Assembly: GCF_004010195.1 (NCBI RefSeq)
Contig: NC_057751.1
Location: forward strand, 18,983,387-19,047,386
DNA: 64,000 bases
Source of the DNA: Chiloscyllium plagiosum
Lineage: Eukaryota
Direction: 5' to 3'
Shown: in pieces, positions 51,156 through 62,599 of the stretch
Numbering within the stretch: position 1 is the first letter of the stretch
Layout of the letters: every line of letters starts with the position of its first letter
Notes under the pieces: model-generated
The model's input: only the letters and a program-made list of their open reading frames with translations
What the model was told of the DNA's origin: nothing
Database searches by the model: none
Position numbers and translations under genes: made by a program

Positions 51156-51749
51156 CTGAAATGTCTGTCCACGCTAACCCTATTTCCCTGCACTTGGCCC
51201 ATATCCTTCTAATCCTTTCCTATCCACCATTTGTCCAAATGCCTTTTAAATGTTGATAATGTACCTGCCTCAACCACTTCTGCTGACAGCTCACTCCATA
51301 TGCATGTGTGTAAAAAAAAAAGTTGCCCATCAGCTTCCCTTTTATTCTTTCACCTCTAACGTGAAACTGATGCCCTCTAGTCCTCGATTCCCTAACTCTG
51401 GGGGAAAAAAACGTGCATTCACTGTATCCATGCATCTCATGATCTTATACACCTTAATAAGGTTCGCCCTCAGTCCCCTACGCCCTAAACAAAAACATCC
51501 TTGCTTGTCTAATGTCTCCCTATAAGTCAGACCATTGAGTCCTGGCAATATCCTTGTAAATCCTTGTTCTCTAATCCAGGAGGAAAAAACATCAAGAGAA
51601 ATTTCAGAGAGAGTAGCACGTAGGAGCTTGAAGCTCCTAATTCTTTTGAGACCGCAATAACTTCTGCTTAAAGTCAAGCTTACCAACTAAACAAACCCAG
51701 GGAAATAGCGAGGAAGGAGATCAATCTGAGACTGGTACAGTTGGGAAAA

Positions 51750-54620
51750 GAAATAAGTCAAACAGTCAGGAACAAAGCAGAGATCAAGGTAGAACTGCTA
51801 AATTAAACTGCATTTATTTCAATGCAAGAGGCCTAACAGGGAAGGCAGGTGAATTCAGGGCATGGTTAGGAACATAGGACTGGGATATCATTGTAATTAC
51901 AGAGGTGTGGCTCAGAGATGGACAGGACTGGCAGCTTAATGTTCCAGGATACAAATGCTATGGGTTGGATTGAAAGGGGGGCAAGAGAGGAGGGGGAGCA
52001 GTGTTTTTGATAAGCGCTGTACTTAGGGAGGATATTCCTGGGAATTCACCCAGGGAAGTTATTTGGGTGGAACTGAGAAATAAGAAAGGGATGATCACCT
52101 TATTAGGATTGTATTATAGCCTCCCCAGTGGGAAATTGAGAAACAGATTTGTAAGGAGATCTCAGCTATCTGTAAGAATAATTGGGTGGTTATGGTAGGT
52201 GATTTTAACTTTCCAAACATAGACTGGGACTGCCATAGTGTTAAGGGTTTTGATGGAGATGAATTTGTTAAGTATGTACAAGACAATTTTCTGATTCAGT
52301 CTGTAGATGTACCTCCTAGAGAAGGTGCAAAACTTGACCTACTCTTGGGAAATAAGGCAGGGCAGGTGACTGAGGTGTCAGTGGGAGAGGTCTTTTGGGC
52401 CAGTGACCATAATTCTATTAGTTTTAAAATAGTGATGGAAAAGGATAGGCCGGATTTAAAAGTTGAAGTCTTAAATTGTAGGAAGGCTAATTTTGATAGT
52501 ATTAGGCAAGAACATTCAAAACTTGATTAGGGGCAGATGTTCGCAGTTAAAGGGATGGCTGGAAAATAGGAAGCCTTCAGAAATGGGATAACGAGAGACT
52601 CAAGACAGTATATTCATGTTCGGGTGAAAGGTAAGGCTTGTATGTGTAGGGAACACTGGATGACAAGAGAAGTTGAAGTTTTGGTTAAGAAAATGAAGGA
52701 AGCATATGTCAGGTATAGACATCAGAGATTGAGTGAATCCTTCGAAGAGTGTAAATGCAGTAGGAGTATACTTAAGAGGGAAATCGGGTGGGCTAAAAGG
52801 GGACATGAGATAGGGTTAAGGAAAATCCAAAGAGATTTTATAAATATATTAAGGAGAAAAGGGGATAGAATAGGGCCCCTCAAAGATCAGACTAGGTGTG
52901 GAACCACAGGAGATGGGGGACATACTAAGCGAGTATTTTAGATCAATGTTTACTGTGGAGAATTACATGGAAGATATAGAACATGGAAAAATAAATGGTG
53001 ACATCTTGAAAAATGTCCATATTACAGAGGAGGAGGTATTGAATGTCTTAAAGTACATAAAACTGGATAAATCCCCAGGACCTGATTAGATGTACCCTCG
53101 ATCTCTGTGGGAAGCTGGGGAAAGTGATTGTTGGGCCCCTTGCTGAGACATTTGTATCATCGATAACCACAGATGAGGTGCCGGATTACTGGAAGTTGGC
53201 TAATGTTGTGCCACTATTTAAGAAAAATAGTAAGGAAAAGCCAGAGACCAGGGAACTATAGACCAGTGAGCCTGACATTTGTGATGGCCAAGTTGTTGGA
53301 GGGAATCCAGAGGGACAGGATTTACTTGCATTTGGAAAGGCAAGGACCAATTAGGGATAGTCAGCATGGCTTTGTGCGTGGGAAATCATGTCTCACGAAT
53401 TTAATTCAGTTTTTTGAAGAAGTAACAAAGAGGATTGATAAGGGCAGAGTGGTGGACGTGACCTATACAGATTTCAGTAAGGCATTCAGCAAGGTTCCTC
53501 ATGGTAGAATGGTTAGCAAAGTTATCTCATGGAATAAAGGGAGAACTAGCCATTTGGATACAGAACTGCTTGAAGGTAGAAGACAGAGGATGGTGGTGGA
53601 CGGTTGCTTTTCAGACTGGAGGCCTGTGACCAGTGGAGTGCCACAAGGATCGGTGCTGGGTCCACTACTTGTCCTCATTCATACCAATGATTTGGATGTG
53701 AACATAGGAGGTATAGTTAGTAAGATTGCAGATGACACCAAAATTGGAAGTACAGTGAACAGTGAAGAAGGTTACCTCAGAGTACAACGGGATCTTAATC
53801 AGATGGGCCAATGGGCTGAGGAGTGGCAGATGGAGTTTAATTTAGGTAAATGCGAGGTGCTGCATTTTGAAAAGGCAGATCAGAGCAGGACTTATACAAG
53901 TAATGGTCAGGTCCTGGGGAGTGTTGCTGAAGAAAGAGACCTTGGAGTGCAGGTTCATAGCTCCTTGAAAGCTGAGTCACAGGTAAATAGGATAATGAAG
54001 AAGACGTTTGGTATGCTTTCCTTTATTGGTCAGAGTATTGAGTCCAGGAGTTGGGAGGTCATGTTGCTGCTGTACAGGACATTGGTTAGGACACTTTTGG
54101 AATATTGTTTGCAACTCTGGTCTCCTTCGTATCGGAAATACGTTGTGTAACTTGAAAGGGGTTGGAAAGGATTTACAAGGATTTTGCAAGGTTTGGAGGA
54201 TTTAAGCTACAGGGAGAGGCTGAACAGGCTGGGTTCCTTTTCCTGGAATGTCGGAGATTGATTTATGAAATCATGAGGGGCGTGGATAGCGTCAATAGAC
54301 AAGGTCCTTTCCCTTGGGTTGGGGAGTTCAGAACGAGATGGCACAGGTATAGGCTGAGAGGGGAAAATTTTATAAGTGACCTAACATACAACATTTTCAC
54401 GCAGAGGATGTGTGTGTGGAATGAGCTGCTAGAGGAAGTGGTAGAGGCTGGTACAATTGCAACATTTAAAAGGCATCGAGATGGGTATATGAATAGGAAG
54501 GGTTTCGAGGGTATGGGCTACATGCTGGCAAATGGGACGAGATTGGGTTCGGATATCTGGTTGGTATGGACGGGTTGAATCGAAGAGTCTGTTTCTGTGC
54601 TCTATGAATCTATGACTCTG
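51750..54620 (+). mobile_element. CR1 (HER1-type) LINE, nearly full ORF2 (disrupted) + 3' UTR
   Basis: CIYFNARGL at ~51810, GDFNFPNIDW, 325-aa RT ORF 53173-54150 (QHGFVRGKSCLTNL, GVPQGSVLGP, IADDTK); CTATGACTCT tail. Confidence 0.93.
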
Positions 54621-55192
54621 TGACCCCCATAACTAGAACGACTGGTCTCTGACAGCTGACACACCCAGGCTGCTTCTATTGTTCCAGCTTTTTAAAAAAA
54701 AACCCAAGGTCTCACAAGCTCTTTACTGGATTCAGTAGCTCCAAACCTCTGCCTTGCAACCTCTCTTCCAAAAAAAAACTACATAACCTCTTGAAAGCCA
54801 CAACATCATCACAGGCACTACCATCAAGCCAGGCGATGGTTCAGTTGAGAGTACAGAAGCAGCACCAGGTTTACCTGAAAATGATGTGTCAACCGAGTGA
54901 AGCTGCCCAAGAAGCCAACTTGCATATCAAACTGCAGCAGCAGCAAGTAATAGACAGAGCTAAGTGATCCCACAGCCAAAGGATCTCATTGAAGCTCTGC
55001 AGTCTTGCCACATTGAGTTGTGAATGGTGGTGGATAATGAAACAACTCACCAGAGAAGGTTTCATAAATATCCCTATCCTCAATTATGGGAGAGGCCAAC
55101 ACATCAGTGGAAAACCCTTTCAAGTTACACAATGTCCTTCCGATTGGAGGGAGACTAGAGTTGCACACAATAGTTCAAAAGTGCCCTATGAC

Positions 55193-56682
55193 CATAGAAC
55201 ATAGAAAAGTACAGTCCAGAATAGGCCCTTTGGCCCACTATGTTGTGCCGAGATATAATCCAAATGTCAAATATAGTAACTTAACCTACGCACCCCTCAA
55301 CTCCCTGCTATCCATGTGCATGACCAGCAGTCGCTTAAATGTCCCCAGTGACTCTGCTTCCACCACCACCAACTGGCAACGCATTCCATGCACACTCAAC
55401 TCTCTGCGTAAAGAACCTACCTCTGACATCTCCTTTATACCTTCCTCCTAATATCTTCAAACTATGACTCCTCCTACCAGTCAGTCCTGCCCCTGGGGAA
55501 AGGTCTCAAGCATTCGCAGCAATCTTCCGTCAGGTCACCCCTCAGCCTCCGATGCTCCAGGGAAAACAGCCCCAGCCTGTTCAGCCTCTCTCTGTAGCTC
55601 AGATCCTCCAACCCTGGCAACATCCTTCTAAATCTTTTTAGATTAGATTACTTACAGTGTGGAAACAGGCCCTTCAGCCCAACAAGTCCACACCAACCCG
55701 CCAAAGTGCAACCCACCCAGACCTACACCTAACACTACAAGGAATTTAGCATGGCCAATTCCCCCTAACCTGCACATTTTTGAATTGTGGGAGGAAACCG
55801 GAGCACCCGGAGGAAACCCACACAGACACGGGGAGAATGTGCAAACTCTACACACAGAGTCGCCTGAGGTGGGAATTGAACCCGGGTCTCTGTCGCTGTG
55901 AGGCAGCAGTGCTAACCACTATGCCACCGTGCCACCCACGGTTTTCTGAACCCTTTCAAGTTTCACCACATCTTTCCAATAGGAAGGAGAGCAGAATTGT
56001 ACGCAATATTCTGATAGTGGCTTAATCAATGTCCTGCACAGCCGCAACATGACCTCCCAACTCCTGTACTCAATACTCTGACCAATAAAGGAAAGCATGC
56101 CAAACGCCTCCTTCACTATCCTATCTACCTGCGACTCCATTTTCAAGGAGCTATGAACCTGCACTCCAAGGTATCTTTGTTCAGCAACACTATCTAGGAC
56201 CTTACCATTAAATGTATAAGTCCTGCTAAGATTTGCTTTCCCAAAACGCAGCACTTCGCATTTATCTGAATTAAACTCCATCTGCCACTTCTCAGCTCAT
56301 TGGCCCATCTGGTCAATATCCTGTTGTAATCTGAGGTAACCCTCTTCGCTGTCCACTACACCTCCAAATTTTGGTGTCACTGCAAACTTACTAACTGTAC
56401 CTCTTATGCTCGCATCCAAATCATTTACGTAAATGACAAAACGTAGAGGGCGCAGCACCAAAACTTGTGGCACTCCACTGGTCACAGGCCTCCAGTCTGA
56501 AAACCAACCCTCCACCACCACCCTCTGTCTTCTACCTTTGAGCCAGTTCTGTATCCAAATGGCTAGTTCTCCCTGTATTCCATGAGATCTAACCTTGCTA
56601 ATCAGTCTCCCATGGGGAAACCTCGTCGAACGCCTTACTGAAGTCCATATAGATCACATCTACCACTCTGCCCTCATCAATC
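55193..56682 (-). mobile_element. CR1 3' tail (55193-55510) and HER1-type RT fragment (55532-56682) with HE1 SINE at 55638-55938
   Basis: ORFs 55919-56281 and 56297-56521 are CR1 RT. Confidence 0.88.
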
Positions 56683-57458
56683 NNNNNNNNNNNNNNNNNN
56701 NNNNNNNNNNNNNNNNNNNNNNNNNNNNNNNNNNNNNNNNNNNNNNNNNNNNNNNNNNNNNNNNNNNNNNNNNNNNNNNNNNNNNNNNNNNNNNNNNNNN
56801 NNNNNNNNNNNNNNNNNNNNNNNNNNNNNNNNNNNNNNNNNNNNNNNNNNNNNNNNNNNNNNNNNNNNNNNNNNNNNNNNNNNNNNNNNNNNNNNNNNNN
56901 NNNNNNNNNNNNNNNNNNNNNNNNNNNNNNNNNNNNNNNNNNNNNNNNNNNNNNNNNNNNNNNNNNNNNNNNNNNNNNNNNNNNNNNNNNNNNNNNNNNN
57001 NNNNNNNNNNNNNNNNNNNNNNNNNNNNNNNNNNNNNNNNNNNNNNNNNNNNNNNNNNNNNNNNNNNNNNNNNNNNNNNNNNNNNNNNNNNNNNNNNNNN
57101 NNNNNNNNNNNNNNNNNNNNNNNNNNNNNNNNNNNNNNNNNNNNNNNNNNNNNNNNNNNNNNNNNNNNNNNNNNNNNNNNNNNNNNNNNNNNNNNNNNNN
57201 NNNNNNNNNNNNNNNNNNNNNNNNNNNNNNNNNNNNNNNNNNNNNNNNNNNNNNNNNNNNNNNNNNNNNNNNNNNNNNNNNNNNNNNNNNNNNNNNNNNN
57301 NNNNNNNNNNNNNNNNNNNNNNNNNNNNNNNNNNNNNNNNNNNNNNNNNNNNNNNNNNNNNNNNNNNNNNNNNNNNNNNNNNNNNNNNNNNNNNNNNNNN
57401 NNNNNNNNNNNNNNNNNNNNNNNNNNNNNNNNNNNNNNNNNNNNNNNNNNNNNNNNNN
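56683..57458. other. Assembly gap (776 N)
   Basis: Run of N. Confidence 1.
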
Positions 57459-57559
57459 ACGTGCAAACTCCACACAGTCAGTCGCCTGAGGCGGGAATTG
57501 AACCCGGGTCTCTGGCGCTGTGAGGCAACAGTGCTAACCACTGGGCCACCGTGCCACCC

Positions 57560-58375
57560 ACTTCAGAAGTAGAGATGTCTTCCTGTAGTTGTACAGGGCC
57601 TTGGAGAGACCACACTTATGGAGTACTGCATAGAATTTTAGTCTCCTTACTGACAAAATGACATACTTGCCAAAAAGTGAGTGTAGCGAAGATTCCCTAG
57701 GCTGATACCAGGGATAGCAGGACTGTGCTGAAAATGTGTTGCTGGAAAAGCGCAGCAGGTCAGGCAGCATCCAGGGAACAGGAGAATCGACGTTTCTTCA
57801 GAAGGGCTTATGCCCGAAACGTCGATTCTCCTGTTTCCTGGATGCTGCCTGACCTGCTGCGCTTTTCCAGCAACACATTTTCAGCTCTGATCTCCAGCAT
57901 CTGCAGACCTCACTTTCTCCTCATAGCAGGATTGTCCCAGAAAAACAATTAGTGAATACAAGTCCATTGAACCAGAGTTTAGAAGGATGAGAGGGATCTG
58001 ATTTAAATGTATAAAATTCGAATGTGGCTGGATAGAGTGGATGCAGGGAGCATTCTTTACTGTGTATGTGGATTTCAAAACCGGGGCAGAGTCTCACGAT
58101 GCAGGGTTGACCACGTAGGATTGAGAGGAGGTTAAATTTCTTCACTCAAGAGATAGCAAACCTGTAGAATTCTCAACCACAGCAGACTGTGAAGGCCAAA
58201 TTACTGAACATATTCAAAAAGGAGATAGGTTGATTTTAAGTTTCAAAGGCATCAAAAGGGTATGGGAAGAAAGCAGGAATATGACATTCAAATGGAGGAT
58301 CAAATATGATCATACTGAATGGTGGGGCAGGCTCAAAGGCTGATTAGCATATTCTTACTTTCTATGTTTCTATCT
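57560..58375 (+). mobile_element. Old CR1 3' portion, preceded by an HE1 head fragment (57459-57559, minus)
   Basis: Degenerate LYRAL.RPHL.EYC region and 3' UTR with TTTCTATGTTTCTAT tail. Confidence 0.75.
57727..57922. mobile_element. Penelope-derived fold-back pLTR element
   Basis: ~70-bp near-perfect inverted arms 57727-57796 / 57816-57885; TSD ATAGCAGGACTGT / ATAGCAGGATTGT; partial hammerhead GAAGGGCTTATGCCCGAAACGTC in the loop. Confidence 0.85.
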
Positions 58376-58620
58376 CTTGTTTCCTGTATGGACCCACCTC
58401 TATCACTCCAGATAGATAGGATCCTATCTCCCATTCTCCATTGTCTGCCACCTCTCAATGTAGCCCTCCCCTCTGTCTATTCCCAACCTCTCTCTTCACT
58501 CATCTTATTTCTATCTATTTCCTCCTCTTTCTATCCACATCTCTCTGTCACACTATTTCCATCTCTCTCTACAACTAACCTTCTCTTTGTATCTACTCCT
58601 GTCTTGCTCTCTCGGACAAA

Positions 58621-58875
58621 GCTGTTGGAGTATCCATTGTTTACGAAGACCTTGTGTACACAAAAATGAGGAAGAACACCTTACAAGGTCTTCATAAAGA
58701 AGATATACCCTAACAGCTTCGTCCGCCGATGCCTACCGAATAGACACTGCCAAGAGGACAATGTACATCCTAATAAACTGGTCACCCTGCCCTACATTAA
58801 GAAAATAGCAGAAATGACAACCAGACCACTAGAAATCATAGTGGCACACCAACCCACAAGCATACTACGTCAACC
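58621..58875 (+). mobile_element. Penelope-like linker fragment with short 5' inverted duplication
   Basis: YPNSFVRRCL..LVTLPYIKKIAEMTTR..IIVAHQPTSILRQ; 58621-58655 is an imperfect inverse of 58683-58717. Confidence 0.7.
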
Positions 58876-58877
58876 CA

Positions 58878-59178
58878 AGGGGGCATAGCTTTAAATTAAG
58901 GGGGGGGGGGGTAGTTATAGGACAGATGTTAGGGGTAGGTTCTTTACTCAGTGAGTCGTGAGTTCATGGAATGCCCTGTCAGTAGCAGTGGTGGACTCTC
59001 CCTCTTTATGGGCATTTAAGCGGGCATTGGATAGGCATATGGAGGATAGTGGGCTAGTGTAGGTTAGGTGGGCTTGGATCGGCGCAACATCGAGGGCCGA
59101 AGGGCCTGTACTGCGCTGTATTCTTCTATGTTCTATGTCTGTTTCTATGCTATACATTTCTATGAATCTATGACTCTA
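58878..59178 (+). mobile_element. CR1 3' tail(s)
   Basis: FFTQ.VVSSWNAL region and CTATGTTCTATG / CTATGACTCTA tails. Confidence 0.8.
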
Positions 59179-59431
59179 AGTGAAAACAACAAATGTGAGG
59201 ATCTCAGCGGGTCAGAGAGCATCCATGGAGAGAGAGCAAGTTAACGGTTCAAGTCGAGACGACGCTTCATCAGAAGTGTTGAATAAGCGATCTATCACAG
59301 CCTCCTTCAGTGGTTCCCAGCATTACAGATGATAGTCTTCAGCCAAATGGCATTGAGGCTCTGCAAGTGGGCTATGGGCCCCTGACAATATCCTACAAGA
59401 CCACGCAAGATATGTGCTCCAGGACGTGGGT

Positions 59432-60130
59432 CTGAAAGAAAAGAGATACAGACAGACAGGAGAGCAAGAGACAGGGGAGAGAGAGAAAGCCAGGGGACAA
59501 AGAAAACGAGAGATAGGGAGAGAGAGATAAAATAAAAGACAGAGAAGAACACTGAGAGAGACGAAAGAGAGACGGGTGGAAGAGAACGACAGAGCAACAC
59601 AGGTGACAGGGACAGTAAGAGAGAGAGAGACTTACAGAGTAAAAATTGAGAAAAGACAAGTGAGAGCAAGACCAACAGGATAGACAGACACAGAGATGAA
59701 GAAAGAGACAGGCAGAGATGGAGAGAGTAAAAAAGAGAGATGAGAGAGAATCAGAGAAAGAAACATAGGAGCGAGACAGAGGCAGTGAAGGGAGAGTGAG
59801 AACAAAGAGGAGAGAAAGGCAGACAGTGTGAGACAGAGACAGAGAGACACACATAGAGAGAAACTGGTAGTCAGAGATGGACAGAGAACATACAGCAGCA
59901 CAGTACAGGCCCTTCGGCCCTCGATGTTGTACCGGCCTTTTATCCTACTTGAAGATCAGACAAACCTACATTGTGAAAGCAAGAGAGGGAGCGAGAGGAG
60001 AGAGACAGATGAAGAAAGAGGGGAAGAAAAGGTAAACAGAGACTATGAGGGACAGAGGGAAACCGAGGATGTGAGACTAGACCAGCAGCTGCCAGAAAAG
60101 AGAACCAAAAGTCAAAGATACGTTGGTGTA
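59432..60130. repeat. GA-rich low-complexity tract (CT-rich tract also at 58375-58612)
   Basis: Degenerate (GA)n/(GACA)n. Confidence 0.85.
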
Positions 60131-60468
60131 ATGAAAGGCTGAGAGCAGATCGGGGCAACACAATCCAATCCCTCTTGGAGGATGAGGGTTTGGCTGAGCT
60201 ACTGAATGAATTGGAAAAGTCATGGTGTCCAGAATCCAGTAACCTGCTCCCATCAAGACCTAAGCAGTGACTTAGTGGTTTAGTATCACTTCCTTGTTTT
60301 AAACTGCATTATTCTATTTATACATGAAAAAAAATTTGGTACATTATTTTTAGCAGCCTTCTCAGCAGCTCAAACGTTTCTTTTGAAATGTCGCTTTGAG
60401 ATTTTCTGTCCCTTTCGAGCGAAAATTGTTCTTCCAAACGAGAACCTCAAAAATTACAGCAGAAAGAC

Positions 60469-60765
60469 GAGCACTGCTGCCTTGCAGCACCAGGGTCCCA
60501 GGTTCGATTCCAGCCTTGGGCGACTGTCTGTGTGGAGTTTGCACATTCTTCCCGTGTTTGCGTGGGTTTCCTCCGGGTGCTCCGGTTTCCTCCCACAGTC
60601 TAAAGATGTGCAGGTCAGGTTGGATTGGTCATGCTAAATTACCTGTAGTGTTAGGTGCATTAGTCAGGGGTGAATGTGGGGAAATGGGTTACTCTTCGCA
60701 GGGTCAGTGTGGGATTGTTGGCCCGAAGGGCCTGTTTCCACACCGTAGGGAATCTAATCTAATCT
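60469..60765 (+). mobile_element. HE1-type V-SINE
   Basis: B-box, V-domain, tail. Confidence 0.9.
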
Positions 60766-60923
60766 GAAAAGATAAAACCAGGCCCATTCACTAGCATGGT
60801 AGGGCTGCCATAGTTGCTATTGGAGGAAGAAGGGAACAAGAGCTTGCTGTGTAGAAAATGAGTGTTCGCTCTCTTTACCTGACAATCTGTTCAAATTAAT
60901 TGCCAGCCTTACAAAAGGAACAG

Positions 60924-61045
60924 GTAAAAACAAGGACAGCAGATGCTGGAAACCAGAGTCTGGATCAGGGTGGTAGTCTGCAGGTCAGGCAGCATCCGAG
61001 GAGCAGGAAAAATCGACATTTTGGGCAAAAGCCCTTCATCAGGAA
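60924..61045 (-). mobile_element. Solo Penelope pLTR (~122 bp) with degenerate hammerhead
   Basis: Exact 16-bp TSD CTTACAAAAGGAACAG at 60908-60923 and 61050-61065 (20 bp with one mismatch). Confidence 0.85.
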
Positions 61046-61092
61046 CAGTCTTACAAAAGGAACAGCCATGCTTTGAGAAGGACCTGTAACTT

Positions 61093-61788
61093 TAGATTAG
61101 ATTAGATTACTTACAGTATGGAAACAGGCCCTTCGGCCCAACGAGTCCACTCCGACCGTCCGAAGGGCGACCTTTACATTTACCCTTTCACTTAACACTA
61201 TGGGACAACTTAGCGTGGCCAATTCACCCTAACCTGCATATCCCTGAGCACTATGGGTAATTTAGCACGGCCAATTCACCCTAACCTGCATATCCCTGAG
61301 CACTATGGGTAATTTAGCATGGCTAATCCACCCTAAGCTGCATATCCCTGAGCACTATGGGTAATTTAGCATGGCCAATCCACCCTAACCTGCACATCCC
61401 TGAGCACTATGGGTAATTTAGCATGGCCAATCCACCCGAACGTGCACATCCCTGAGCACTATGGGTAATTTAGCATGACCAATCCACCCTAACCTGCACA
61501 TCCCTGAGCACTATGGGTAATTTAGCATGGCCAATCCACCCTAACCTGCACATCCCTGAGCACTATGGGTAATTTAGCATGGCCAATCCACCCTAACCTG
61601 CACATCCCTGAGCACTATGGGTAATTTAGCATGGCCAATCCACCCTAACCTGCACATCCCTGAGCACTATGGGTAATTTAGCATGGCCAATCCACCCTAA
61701 CCTGCACATCCCTGAACACTATGGGTAATTTAGCATGGCCAATCCACCCTAACCTGCACATCTTTGGACTGTGGGAGGAAACCGGAGA
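61093..61788 (-). mobile_element. 5'-truncated HE1-type SINE with ~11 x 52-bp array
   Basis: Array 61194-61762, very homogeneous units. Confidence 0.92.
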
Positions 61789-62012
61789 CATTAGACATTG
61801 TCACTTTAAAAAGAACTGTACCCTGTAACTATATATTACCGTTTTGGGGGGTGGGGAACAGACATTGCTGTTTGAAGAAGGCCAGACACTATTGACTTTC
61901 ACAACAGGCACCATACAGACATTGCCCTTTTAAGTGGGACGGACCTGGCAGCATTAGCGGGCGTGGTTACTATAAGAGGAAGTGAGCCCTCCTCAACGCT
62001 TCAGTTGCACAC

Positions 62013-62071
62013 AAACAGAAAAGTTACTTTCAGGGTGAAACAGAAAAGTTACTTTCAGGGTGAGACAGAAA
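62013..62071. repeat. 25-bp tandem duplication AAACAGAAAAGTTACTTTCAGGGTG
   Basis: About 2.4 copies seen directly. Confidence 0.9.
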
Positions 62072-62599
62072 CTGGAAGGGGGAGGGAAGAGCATGAAATG
62101 AGGAAGTAGGGAGCGAAGTTGCTCCTGAAATCTTGGAGCCGGAGGACTTTTTGGAGGTAACAACCAAGCGGGTTTGAAATGTTTGTCCAGGCTCTGGGGT
62201 GAACCACTCTTGTGTCTGCCCTCACGCTGAACAGAGGTTGGGCTGCTCCTTCAAAAACACTGCAGCCAGGTTTTTAGGCTCAACTGCAACTCGAAAACTG
62301 TCTCCGGCTTCACTGAGAAACCAGGAGGCAAGCTATTGGAGCACAAGCTCTCAACTCTTCCCAGAGACAGAGTCTATGCAGTGAATTGCTGCTGAACCCT
62401 TCCTGACCGTTACCAATGGCCTCCTGGATCACTGTTGCCCTCCGGAGCAAGATTTCCGTCCTCTTCTACTCACCATTGCCTTCCCCGAGCAGCCCAGGCA
62501 CTTAACAGTATCTCTGCTGGCTTTCTGCTTGCAGCAGTGGGTTACCCACAGGGGAGGAGCAGACAACACCTCGGTGTAGCTCTCTCCTGCAAATCTATG

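Noticed and set aside
53173..54150. Active LINE reverse transcriptase
   Set aside because: Flanking ORF2 is broken by stops and frameshifts, and the catalytic motif reads IADD where other copies have FADD
59307..60161. Hydrophobic Leu/Ser-rich ORFs and a minus-strand acceptor at ~59431
   Set aside because: Explained by GA/CT low complexity; all frames after the acceptor stop soon and are unrecognised
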